A DNA stretch of 64,000 nt from the IMG/VR virus record IMGVR_UViG_3300037963_004147, positions 1-64,000 of that record; one strand, written 5' to 3'. Shown here piece after piece: positions 29,087 to 38,790 of this stretch. The notes beneath the pieces were generated by a model that searched no databases, was not told the origin of the DNA, and saw nothing but the letters and a program-made list of their open reading frames with translations. Each line of letters starts with the position of its first letter. Position 1 is the first letter of the stretch. Both the position numbers and the translations under genes were made by a program. This stretch comes from a virus.

Positions 29087-32000
29087 TGGAAAAGAAATTT
29101 ACAAATATGGAAAGGCGAGGTTTACCAGGTGGACCTAATGAAGTATTCTCTTATATTACAGGTGTATTTTCAACAGAAGGTTATAAAAAAGATAGCCCTG
29201 ATATAAATAACTTATTTAATATTATTGATTCTTCAGATATTTCTATGAAGGATGTAGAGTTTCCTGTTATGGGTTATGATGAATTAGGTAACTCACAACT
29301 TATGATGCCTGGTGGAGAATATAAATTTCCAGGAAATCAAGTGCTTGAAATACCAATGGCACAAAATGGTAATGGAGAATTTAGAGATTTTAAAGGTATT
29401 CCTTTTTTAAGTTCTATAGCTGCAGGAGATTTTTTAAATAATCAACATTATAATAGTAAATTAGCTGACTTATATAGATACTATTCTGGTACACCATTAG
29501 AAGATAATATTCTTCAAGTTAGTAATACTAAACCTGCAAAATCAAAAGATTCAGATGTTAAATATATATCACTAAATAAAAATCAACAGCTTGTTCAAGA
29601 AGTTATTGATAATTATAATAGAGTTAGTGATGGAAATTTTTATACTACAGAAACTAGACCTGATTTAATACTAGATGCAAGTGATAATGAAAGACAATTA
29701 GATAAAAATAATTATAAAGTTACAGGCTATAGAGAAGTAGATAATATTGATGATTACCAATTAAATGCTATTGGTAATTATATTACAGGATTTGGGGAAG
29801 ATGAAAAGGGTGCATATATATCTTATTATGATAAGTTTGACCAAGCCGGAGGTTTAGGTGGTAGTATAAACATTGGTGAGCAATTAGGTTTAACTAAACC
29901 TTTTGAAATATATGATAGGATATATGTAGAAAAAGATAAAGATTCAGGAAAATATATTCAAAAGCAAAATGGTGGAGATGTTATAGCACCCGGTGATGGA
30001 TATGAATATGTTGAAGATAATGGAAAATATTATACACGTAAGAAAGGTAGCAAAAATTGGACTGAAGCTAAAGGAAAAGCATTAGCGAATATAAAGTATA
30101 AAATTTATAATATAGGTGATGATCCAATTTCTCAGTCAGAAAAAGATGCTAAAGTTATAGAAAGAATGCGTAGCATTTTACCTGACATTAATAATCTTGG
30201 TTTTGGTGATGAAGGATATTGGTCTGGGGAGTTTGAAGATATGAGTCCAGAAATGCAGCAAATTGTATCATATGGAAATAGTCTTGGTAATGGTGCAATA
30301 GATCATGATCCTAATTCTCCTGAAGGTAAAGCTTTTGAAAAATATGCTAGAAGAATTGCTTCACCAGAGGCGTGGATGAGATTATATCCTGAAACAATGG
30401 GTAAAATATTTGATCCAAATAATGATCCAGATAAGTTCAAGTCTATTAAAAAGGAGTGGGGTAAAGCATCTCCAAAAGATGTAGAGCTTTCACAAATGGA
30501 TGCAACATCTTTTAGTCTAGGTTCAGAAGAACAAATGATAGATGCAGGAAAAGATTATGAAGCACAAGAAAATTATTTTGATGAAATAAATGAAGCATCA
30601 ACACAAGCACAGTACAAACGGGATGAGGAATATAGAATAGCACAAGAGGCACAAGAACTTGAAGATGGAGTAGATAGATTTGGAAATCCAATACCTCAGT
30701 GGAAGTTAGCAGGGTATGATAATCCTGATGATTATTATAATTATTTACAAGAAGGAGATCTTGATCCTATTATTGATGCTGTAGAACCTTACATTACACC
30801 TATACTAGAAAGCCCTATACAAAATCTTAATCCATTTAATACTAGTTCTGATAGAGGTTTTAAAGGCTATGTAAGTGATATTTTAAACTTTGTACCTGAC
30901 TATAGTAATGAAGAAAGTAGAGATGCTGCATTATTAAGAGCAAGACAAGAAGGTCTACCTTCAATTAAATATAAAGGTGAACGTTATAGTACAGCAACAG
31001 ATATGCGTCCTGGGCAAGAAGCACAAGCTATGGGTATGGATATAGAAGGGAAACATCCTGTAGTAGTTAATTATTATCCTGTTGGTACAGAAGGAATGTT
31101 TCCTAGTCATATAGAAGCATATTCTCTTGATGATCCAAATCTTCAAATAAATCCTTGGCCTACTGATACTGACAAACCTATTTTTGATACAGATAACTAT
31201 CGTAATAGACGTATAAGTAATCAAGATCAAGATAGACAGAGTAAAACTATATATCTTACTGATGATGAATTTGATCACTTTAAAAAAGTAACTGGTGAAT
31301 ATAAGGGAAAAAACTTTGTTGAGGGAGAATTAACTCCAGACAGATATGATTTTTATGCACAAAATTGTGCTAAAGGAGTATGTCAAGCTTTAAACATTGG
31401 TCCTAGAAAAGGTACATCATGGCTTCATGATGCAACACTACCTTTTCAAAATATGGCATATGGAATAGGTGCATCAGATATGTCAGCTAGAGAGGTATTA
31501 ACTCAACCCAATTTAGTGTTTAGTGAAATTGATGATCAATTTAAAGGACGTGTTCAAAATACAACGGGGAGAGCGGGTCAAACTGGACGTGATGGCAACT
31601 ATGTAAAAAGTCAACTAAAAGATGGTAAAGGAACAGTATGGAAGCCATACACTGATCCTGCATTTGCTGTATTAAATGCTGAAAATTTAGTTGGTGATAA
31701 ACATACAGCATATGTTCAAAAAGGTTTAGATGAAATTTTTCAAAGCAATGATGTTTTAAAGAATGATCCTGAAACTAAAAAATTATATAATAAATTTAAA
31801 AGTAGTTCATTTAAAGATGGTAAGTGGGATGCTACATATGGTCAAGAAGGAAGTGATACAAGAAATTTAAGAAATAGAATTTTACAATTAAATAAAGAGG
31901 GTAAAATTAATCTTGAAATAGATCCAGAAATAAAGAGTGATTTTAATATGTATAATAGGACTGATACTCCTGGAGAAACTTTACTAAATGCTGCTGGAGA

Positions 32001-32352
32001 TGCAATATACTCAGGACTAACAGATCAAAGAAAAGGTGGAGAATTAGAAAAAGTACTTCAACAATCAATTTCCAATATTGAAAATTCTGACAATACACTA
32101 ATGAAAAAACATGAGGGCATACAAAGATTAGTGGATGCATATAATTCAATGGTTCCTGATAAATTTAAAAAGGGTGGTCCTGTTTTAAGTGATAATGTAA
32201 AACTTTATCAAATGTATATTAATGGAGATAAAGAAAATTCAAAAGCAAAAGAAGTATATGATAAACTTAATAGAGTTTACTACAATAAAGCTAAAGAAAA
32301 AGGTATGTCTCCTCAAAATTATATAATGAGTTATGTTATTGGCACAAGCTAG
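29086..32352 (+). CDS. Modular cargo-like virion protein with permuted papain-like peptidase domain
   Basis: 1088 aa; cassettes separated by AQNG/QNGG/RKGG/KKGG; H675 (PSHIEAY) precedes C761 (YDFYAQNCAKGVCQAL). Confidence 0.65.
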   Translation: MEKKFTNMERRGLPGGPNEVFSYITGVFSTEGYKKDSPDINNLFNIIDSSDISMKDVEFPVMGYDELGNSQLMMPGGEYKFPGNQVLEIPMAQNGNGEFRDFKGIPFLSSIAAGDFLNNQHYNSKLADLYRYYSGTPLEDNILQVSNTKPAKSKDSDVKYISLNKNQQLVQEVIDNYNRVSDGNFYTTETRPDLILDASDNERQLDKNNYKVTGYREVDNIDDYQLNAIGNYITGFGEDEKGAYISYYDKFDQAGGLGGSINIGEQLGLTKPFEIYDRIYVEKDKDSGKYIQKQNGGDVIAPGDGYEYVEDNGKYYTRKKGSKNWTEAKGKALANIKYKIYNIGDDPISQSEKDAKVIERMRSILPDINNLGFGDEGYWSGEFEDMSPEMQQIVSYGNSLGNGAIDHDPNSPEGKAFEKYARRIASPEAWMRLYPETMGKIFDPNNDPDKFKSIKKEWGKASPKDVELSQMDATSFSLGSEEQMIDAGKDYEAQENYFDEINEASTQAQYKRDEEYRIAQEAQELEDGVDRFGNPIPQWKLAGYDNPDDYYNYLQEGDLDPIIDAVEPYITPILESPIQNLNPFNTSSDRGFKGYVSDILNFVPDYSNEESRDAALLRARQEGLPSIKYKGERYSTATDMRPGQEAQAMGMDIEGKHPVVVNYYPVGTEGMFPSHIEAYSLDDPNLQINPWPTDTDKPIFDTDNYRNRRISNQDQDRQSKTIYLTDDEFDHFKKVTGEYKGKNFVEGELTPDRYDFYAQNCAKGVCQALNIGPRKGTSWLHDATLPFQNMAYGIGASDMSAREVLTQPNLVFSEIDDQFKGRVQNTTGRAGQTGRDGNYVKSQLKDGKGTVWKPYTDPAFAVLNAENLVGDKHTAYVQKGLDEIFQSNDVLKNDPETKKLYNKFKSSSFKDGKWDATYGQEGSDTRNLRNRILQLNKEGKINLEIDPEIKSDFNMYNRTDTPGETLLNAAGDAIYSGLTDQRKGGELEKVLQQSISNIENSDNTLMKKHEGIQRLVDAYNSMVPDKFKKGGPVLSDNVKLYQMYINGDKENSKAKEVYDKLNRVYYNKAKEKGMSPQNYIMSYVIGTS

Positions 32353-32376
32353 TTTATTAGCAAATGTCCATATTTA

Positions 32377-32389
32377 TTTGTATATTATA
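32377..32389 (+). promoter_or_regulatory. Candidate late promoter TTTGTATATTATA
   Basis: Identical to 10904-10916; ends 7 nt before the ATG of 32397. Confidence 0.6.
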
Positions 32390-32396
32390 ATGTATT

Positions 32397-35300
32397 ATGA
32401 AGTCAAAAAAAGTAAATAAAAAAAGTTTATACCAAGAAGGTGGTCCAATGGAAGGAATGCCTCCATCAGTTGAAGATATGCCTGCAGAAGAACAAGCTAT
32501 AAATTTACAGGAAGAAATTACAGCTATGTTAGAACAAGGTGTATCTATGCCTGATATAATTAAAGGTTTAGCAGAAAGAGGATTTTCAGATGAAGAGATT
32601 ATAGAAGTTTTAGTATCTACAGGTGTACCTGAAGAGGAAGTGGTGACTGTAATGAATCAGATGAGTGAAGGATCTCAAGAAGAGATGCCTCCTGCTGAAG
32701 GTGAAGAACAAATGGTAGAAGGTCCTCCTCCACCACAGGCTATGCCACCACAGGCTATGCCACCTGAAATGGCAATGGGTATGCCGCAACCAATGATGGA
32801 AGATGGTGGTGAAGATCCTGTACCTGGAACTAGAGATTTTACTACACATTTTACAAATGCTTTTTCTCCAAACGTATTGAGAGAACAGCCCGTGTATGAT
32901 CCATCTACAGATCCTAATCTTACCAAAACATACATGACAGATAAAGATGGCAACATCACTGGACAAACTTATGTACGTGCTGGAAAAACTTATAATACTA
33001 GAAAGTTAAATAAACTGTTTCAAAAGGGAAAGATTCCTGGTGAGTCTTTTTATGATGGCCAATACCGTGAAGGTGGCGAAGGTGGAAATAATCCTTATGG
33101 GGCAGATGTCTATAAAGATATAGAATTAATATACCCGGATGGATCAATCCAGACACAAAGCTTAAATGAAAAAATGTTTAAGTCTGGTTATATTGATTAT
33201 AAAAAACCTGTTAAGAAAAATTTTTCAGATGGTACTTCTAAAACTCAATATAGATATAATCCAAAAGGAATAGATGGTCTTCCAAGAGTAAACTATAATT
33301 ATACTGGTTCTGTACAATATGGTGGAGAAGAATTACCTGAAGCTAGAACAGGTATGGGTCTTGATAGAGATCAGCAAGGTTTAGCAGGAAAAATGCTAAA
33401 ATATAGTGATGGTAGTTTAAATCAATTCTTTTCAGATAGAGATGGTTATAGAGCAAACCCATTAGCAGATTATACTCCTGTACAACTTGATGAAGGAACT
33501 CCAGGTGAAGGTCTAATGAAGATGATTCAATTTGGTCAAAATTTATTTAGTGGTGATATAGATCCTGAAACCGGTTTTATGAAAGGTTCTTTTAGAGATA
33601 GAAAGAGAAAAAACAAAGCACAAAAAGATGCACTTGCAAGTACATATGACTATAATGTAAAGTTTGATCCTAACGATCCAAATAAACCTGAAGATTACCA
33701 TACAAGTTATAAAAGTTTATATGAAGCATCTCAAGGAGAGATGCCATTAAGAACTAAAGATCAATTCAAAGAAGATGTGCAAAAATATAGCCGTATTGAT
33801 TTTGATCCAGAAAGTCAAAGATATAATACTTTTTTCTCTGATAGAGAAATAGACTTTGAAAATGTTCCTTCAAAATATAGAGAAGATTTGCAAGATAGAT
33901 ATAATAAATCTGAAGAACTTTCAAAATTTGTAGGTAGAGTGGGATCACTTACAGATGAAGATAAAACAAAGATGACTAACATTGGTAAAGATTTAGTAGA
34001 TTTTCAATCAAACCAAGATATGCCAGAAGATACTAAATTTGGTGTAGATGAATCAGGCAATGCTGTTTATTATAATCCTAATTTAGTTGGTGAAACAGGA
34101 ACTCAAAATTTTGTTGATAATACTGCAGGTTATATGTCAGGTAATAAATTTTTTGATTTTGGTGGCTTAGATGGAAAGAAGGCTGGAGGATCATTTGATA
34201 ATGAAGGATTTAGAGCACTTCCAGAAAAGGTTCAGATGAAAATTATGAAAGCTCAAAATGGTAACGGTGAAGAAAGAGGATTTGTAGAAGAAGATTTAAA
34301 TATACCTCAACCTAAGATGGATGCTTACATGAATTATTTAGATCAAAAAGCTGCACATGAGAAAGAGCTACAAGAAGTTCAAGCTATTAGGCAAAATATT
34401 GGGCAAAGAGCTACAGATCTTGGAACCGCAAATGCTTCACCATCAGAGGTTGGTTTATCAAGTAGTCTTGTTCGTAGTGTAGACGAATTAGGGTTTGGAT
34501 GTAATACATACTCTTGTCAAATAGCTAGAGATGCAGGTGTTACAATTCCAGATGGTGCCCCACCTGTTACAATTAATAAAAGAACTTATGAAGCAGGAGA
34601 TAAATTGCCAATGATACCAGGTAATGCTCAATTTAATTCTTACGCTACAAAATATTTAGGTTTTGAACTTTTACCTAAAGGTACTTTACCAACTGAACCT
34701 GGAGACTTAGGTAGAGGTCATATATATAATCAAGGTCCTGGTGGCCCAAGTAGTGGTTCACAACATAGTTACATTTTAGGAACTGATGGTAAATTTTATA
34801 ATAATCCAGGTAATGTTACAAGAGGATATATGGAGTATGATCATACACCTACAGAACAGTATTATACAACTGATTCTGGAGTAATGAGATATGTTAGAAA
34901 TTTACCAGCTACAGAAAAAGCAATGAATGAAGCTTTGGCTGCTTATGAAGCATTACCAGAAGATCAACTACGGAGACTTAAAACTTTACAACCTGAACTT
35001 TTAGCTGGAGCTGCAGATACTCAACCTGGTGCTTTAGCACAAATGGAATATAAAGATGTTCAATTACCGGAAGTTTCTAAAAGAGAAATGAGAAGGTTAA
35101 AAAAGGAAAACCCAGAATTGTATAGACTTTATGAGAATCCAGAATTATATAATGAGCAACAAAAAGCTCAAGCTTTAATTCAATATGATCCAAGATATAG
35201 ACAAATGATAGATGCAAGTATAACTGCATCTAGACAATATGGTGGGGGAGATATTCAAATGAATCCTTATCAAGAATTATTAATGAATCTACAACAAAGA

Positions 35301-35441
35301 AAAAACCAGCTGAATCCTTTACATAAACACAGAGTTGATTTTGATTCTGTATATAAAAAACGTGGAGGACAAACTGTAGATTTAGATATCAATACAATAG
35401 CAAAATTAATATCCGCTGGAGCAGACATTAAAATATTATAA
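32397..35441 (+). CDS. Modular cargo-like virion protein with NlpC/P60-like domain
   Basis: 1014 aa; acidic Pro/Met-rich N-terminus; multiple xxGG linkers; C702 (GFGCNTYS), PGDL, H790 (QHSYI). Confidence 0.65.
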   Translation: MKSKKVNKKSLYQEGGPMEGMPPSVEDMPAEEQAINLQEEITAMLEQGVSMPDIIKGLAERGFSDEEIIEVLVSTGVPEEEVVTVMNQMSEGSQEEMPPAEGEEQMVEGPPPPQAMPPQAMPPEMAMGMPQPMMEDGGEDPVPGTRDFTTHFTNAFSPNVLREQPVYDPSTDPNLTKTYMTDKDGNITGQTYVRAGKTYNTRKLNKLFQKGKIPGESFYDGQYREGGEGGNNPYGADVYKDIELIYPDGSIQTQSLNEKMFKSGYIDYKKPVKKNFSDGTSKTQYRYNPKGIDGLPRVNYNYTGSVQYGGEELPEARTGMGLDRDQQGLAGKMLKYSDGSLNQFFSDRDGYRANPLADYTPVQLDEGTPGEGLMKMIQFGQNLFSGDIDPETGFMKGSFRDRKRKNKAQKDALASTYDYNVKFDPNDPNKPEDYHTSYKSLYEASQGEMPLRTKDQFKEDVQKYSRIDFDPESQRYNTFFSDREIDFENVPSKYREDLQDRYNKSEELSKFVGRVGSLTDEDKTKMTNIGKDLVDFQSNQDMPEDTKFGVDESGNAVYYNPNLVGETGTQNFVDNTAGYMSGNKFFDFGGLDGKKAGGSFDNEGFRALPEKVQMKIMKAQNGNGEERGFVEEDLNIPQPKMDAYMNYLDQKAAHEKELQEVQAIRQNIGQRATDLGTANASPSEVGLSSSLVRSVDELGFGCNTYSCQIARDAGVTIPDGAPPVTINKRTYEAGDKLPMIPGNAQFNSYATKYLGFELLPKGTLPTEPGDLGRGHIYNQGPGGPSSGSQHSYILGTDGKFYNNPGNVTRGYMEYDHTPTEQYYTTDSGVMRYVRNLPATEKAMNEALAAYEALPEDQLRRLKTLQPELLAGAADTQPGALAQMEYKDVQLPEVSKREMRRLKKENPELYRLYENPELYNEQQKAQALIQYDPRYRQMIDASITASRQYGGGDIQMNPYQELLMNLQQRKNQLNPLHKHRVDFDSVYKKRGGQTVDLDINTIAKLISAGADIKIL
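32730..32764 (+). repeat. 15-bp in-frame tandem repeat (CCACCACAGGCTATG x2.3; PPQAM)
   Basis: Read directly from the sequence. Confidence 0.9.
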
Positions 35442-35443
35442 AG

Positions 35444-38400
35444 ATGGCGAAAGTAAAAATAAATAGTTTACCTGATGGTTTTGAATTAGTAGATGGTAAG
35501 GTTAGACAAAAAAAATCACATGGTGGTGGTATTACCGGAGATCAAAGTGATTATGGTTTAGTTACTTATGGTTCTACAAATATGTCATCAGGCCCCGATG
35601 ATACAGATGTAAGATATAGTTTATCTTCTGTACCAAGAGAAGAGGCAAATATAGAAGCTGAAGGTGGGGAAACTGTTTTAACAGATTTGAATAATGATGG
35701 AAGCTTTGGTCTTTATGATATAAAAGGACCAAGACACAGTAGTGGTGGAGTTCCAATGTTTTTGCCAGAACAATCATTTATATATTCTGATACAAATGAT
35801 TTGAAATTTAATAAATCAGAGCTTGAGGATTTTGATATTTCATCAAGAAAGAAAATGACTCCTGCTAGTATATCTAGAAAGTATCAACTTAATAAATACT
35901 ACGGTTTATTAAATGATGAATATGCTGATGATATTCAAGCTAAAACAGCTGAGTTAATGTTAGATAAAAATAAAATGAGTTTATCTAAATTAGCATTTAC
36001 TCAGGAAATGAAAAAAGATTTTGAAGAAGGTGTGCCTTTAGCATCACATCCTTATCTACAATCTATTGGAGAAGATCCAATAGCTTTTACTTCACAGGTT
36101 GAGCAAATTTCTATGCAACAAGCTCAAGATCAAACTATAATGGGTATGCCACCAGATCAACAAGCTCAATTGATGGCAATACAACAAATGCTAGAACAAC
36201 AGCAAGGTATGGCACCTGAAGGTATGGAAAATCCTGCTGCACAAGAAATGCAAGCTCCTGTTATGGATACTGCACAAGATGGAACGGAATTCACTGCAAA
36301 CAATCAAGGTGCCAATCAATGTGGGCCTGGTGAAGTATATGATTTTATGCAGCAAAAATGTGTACCTAGTGGTGGTATAGATCAGTCTGGAGCAGGTTAT
36401 GATAACTTAACAACTGATCCAGGTCAACTTACAGCTAATCTAATAAACGCTGATGCCAATAATTTAAATGTTAATAATGATCCAAGTGCAACATTTAATC
36501 AAGTTGCTAATATGGGTAATAACATTCTTGACCGAGATTCTGAAGATCCTAATGCTCCTGTAGATCCTGCTGCTCCAGAGGTTACACTTGATAAAGGTGA
36601 TTTTGAAGATAAAGCTGGAAGATTATATAATAGAATTGCAGGCAGTAATCAATTAAAACAATTTACTGATCTATCAACAGGAGCTATTGAAATGTTTGAT
36701 TCATTTAATAAAAGAATGAATAAGCAGACTAATTTACTTACTGATAAACAACAAAATGCTAAGCTTATGGCCCATAATCAGTTTGGAACTAACTTTGATA
36801 AAATGGGCAAAGAAGGGTTTACTGATGTTAATACAGGTTTAGATAAAAGAATTATTGCTCCTGATGCTAATGCACCTTCTGGATTTAATAACTATATGAA
36901 GTTTGGTCAAGATGGAATGGAAATTCTTGATGAAGCAGCATATGGAATAGAAATACCTAAAGCACAAGATGGTAATGGCGAAGACTCAGGAATGAATCAA
37001 TCGTATGTGTTTACTGATCCTGGCAGTGGGAAAACTATTACTTTAACAAGACAACAAATAATTGATGCATTCCCAACACTTAAGGATGAAACAGCATTTC
37101 AATTTTATTTAACAAATAATAATATGACTCCTGCAAATTCTGATGATGCACCAGAAGGAGGAGAAAAAGAAGAAAAAGTAATTACTGTTGATGATGACGG
37201 TAAAAAACTTAAAGTTACTGAGGTTACTATTTATGATAAGAATAGACAAGAACTTAAAAAGATTTATAAAGATTCAAATACAGGTGAAATAATTGAAGGT
37301 GCCTTAGTTAAAGAAGGTAAATTAAATAGACCTAAGTTCCAAAGTAGAGTTGATACAAAAGGTGGCGGTACATATTATGGAGAATATGATTTAAGTGAAG
37401 AAGGAAAACAAGAAGACTTTGAACAAAGATTTCCTTGGGTTAAAGATTTAAAAGGTTATGACTATAGTAAAGGAAATGCTGCTTGGGTTGGAGAGTTTCA
37501 AAAAGAGTATGAAAAGCGTATGTATGAAAGCCTTAAGGAAAGAGGTTTAGAAAAAGATTATGTACCATACTTTAAAACTAAAAGTAAAGCTTCCTTTATA
37601 AAGAAGAATCCGTGGGCTAAAGATATAGACTTTGGGGGAATGAAAAATAAGTCTGGAGATTGGTATGATTATAGAGATGGAGAAGGCTTTGATAGTAAAC
37701 TAGGAGCACATACATATAGTGCCCCTCTTTATAAAGCGGAGGATCCCCTTAATTTACCAGAACCTTGTCCAGCTTGTCCAGAAGGATATGAAAGACAACC
37801 AACTGCTGATGATAAATGTAACTGTGAATTAAAAGCAGTAACAAAACTTGATGTTCCGGATATAGTTGATAATTATGTTCCGCCTAGAGCAGACTGGTGG
37901 TCACAAGATGTAATTAAAGCAAAAGCAATTGCAGACAGGGAAAGAAAAATGCTATTGCCATATCAACCACCTGTTAGAAGAACTTCTTATGATGTTGTAT
38001 TAGAAGATCCAACTAGAGCAATTGCTGCAATTAATGAACAATTAAATATTAATAGTCAAGCTGCAGGTGCATTTGGAGGACCTCAATCATTACAAGCAAG
38101 AACTGCAAATTTACAAGGTCAAGCTGCATTGAATATTGCAAATGAAGTAGCTAGAGTTAATCAAAGAAATGTTTCAACAATAAATCAAGGTTTAGCTCAG
38201 CAAGCTCAAATGGATCAGATGGCTAATATGGAAGAGGATAGAAGGAATGTAAAAATGTATGATGATACTCAAAAAGTTTTACAAACTTATATGGATGAGA
38301 AAAACTTTGACAGAGAGCAATATGCCGATGCTATAGCTAATGCAATAACTAATAGAGCTAATACATATAATCTTAATTCTATACAAGATTATTATAACAT

Positions 38401-38731
38401 TGATCCTGAAAGTGGTGGAATGATTAAGCTTACTAATACTAAAGCATTACAGCCTGTTGCTCAACCAGGTGAGTATGATTTTATAAATAACTATGCAGAA
38501 GTAGCAAAAAGATATAAAGCTGCAACTGGTGCAGATCCAACAAATGAGATAATGCAAGGTTTACTAAATCAACAAGCTCAACGTAATGCAGGTATTCAAC
38601 CAAAGCAAACTAATTTGCAGGCTGCGGTAGCAAATAATCCATTTGGGTTAGGATATCAAGGAGGTGGTAAAAAAGGAAAAGAATTAAAGAGGTGGGCATC
38701 TCCATTCTATGTAGGAAAAACAGGAATGTAA
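35444..38731 (+). CDS. Cargo-like virion protein (conserved crAss-like N-terminal domain)
   Basis: 1095 aa; ANIEAEGGE...GPRHSSGGVP...FIYSD domain, AQDG repeats, Q/N/A-rich helical C-terminus. Confidence 0.65.
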   Translation: MAKVKINSLPDGFELVDGKVRQKKSHGGGITGDQSDYGLVTYGSTNMSSGPDDTDVRYSLSSVPREEANIEAEGGETVLTDLNNDGSFGLYDIKGPRHSSGGVPMFLPEQSFIYSDTNDLKFNKSELEDFDISSRKKMTPASISRKYQLNKYYGLLNDEYADDIQAKTAELMLDKNKMSLSKLAFTQEMKKDFEEGVPLASHPYLQSIGEDPIAFTSQVEQISMQQAQDQTIMGMPPDQQAQLMAIQQMLEQQQGMAPEGMENPAAQEMQAPVMDTAQDGTEFTANNQGANQCGPGEVYDFMQQKCVPSGGIDQSGAGYDNLTTDPGQLTANLINADANNLNVNNDPSATFNQVANMGNNILDRDSEDPNAPVDPAAPEVTLDKGDFEDKAGRLYNRIAGSNQLKQFTDLSTGAIEMFDSFNKRMNKQTNLLTDKQQNAKLMAHNQFGTNFDKMGKEGFTDVNTGLDKRIIAPDANAPSGFNNYMKFGQDGMEILDEAAYGIEIPKAQDGNGEDSGMNQSYVFTDPGSGKTITLTRQQIIDAFPTLKDETAFQFYLTNNNMTPANSDDAPEGGEKEEKVITVDDDGKKLKVTEVTIYDKNRQELKKIYKDSNTGEIIEGALVKEGKLNRPKFQSRVDTKGGGTYYGEYDLSEEGKQEDFEQRFPWVKDLKGYDYSKGNAAWVGEFQKEYEKRMYESLKERGLEKDYVPYFKTKSKASFIKKNPWAKDIDFGGMKNKSGDWYDYRDGEGFDSKLGAHTYSAPLYKAEDPLNLPEPCPACPEGYERQPTADDKCNCELKAVTKLDVPDIVDNYVPPRADWWSQDVIKAKAIADRERKMLLPYQPPVRRTSYDVVLEDPTRAIAAINEQLNINSQAAGAFGGPQSLQARTANLQGQAALNIANEVARVNQRNVSTINQGLAQQAQMDQMANMEEDRRNVKMYDDTQKVLQTYMDEKNFDREQYADAIANAITNRANTYNLNSIQDYYNIDPESGGMIKLTNTKALQPVAQPGEYDFINNYAEVAKRYKAATGADPTNEIMQGLLNQQAQRNAGIQPKQTNLQAAVANNPFGLGYQGGGKKGKELKRWASPFYVGKTGM

Positions 38732-38790
38732 ACTTTAAAAGTGTTATGTGTTTACTATTTAAACTGATAAAATTTAATTAATTTAGTATT

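Noticed and set aside
31690-31870. Peptidoglycan-binding domain in ORF 29086 (YVQKGL...DGKWDATYG...T)
   Set aside because: Only a loose resemblance to the Q..L...DG.YG..T pattern with atypical spacing; not enough to call.
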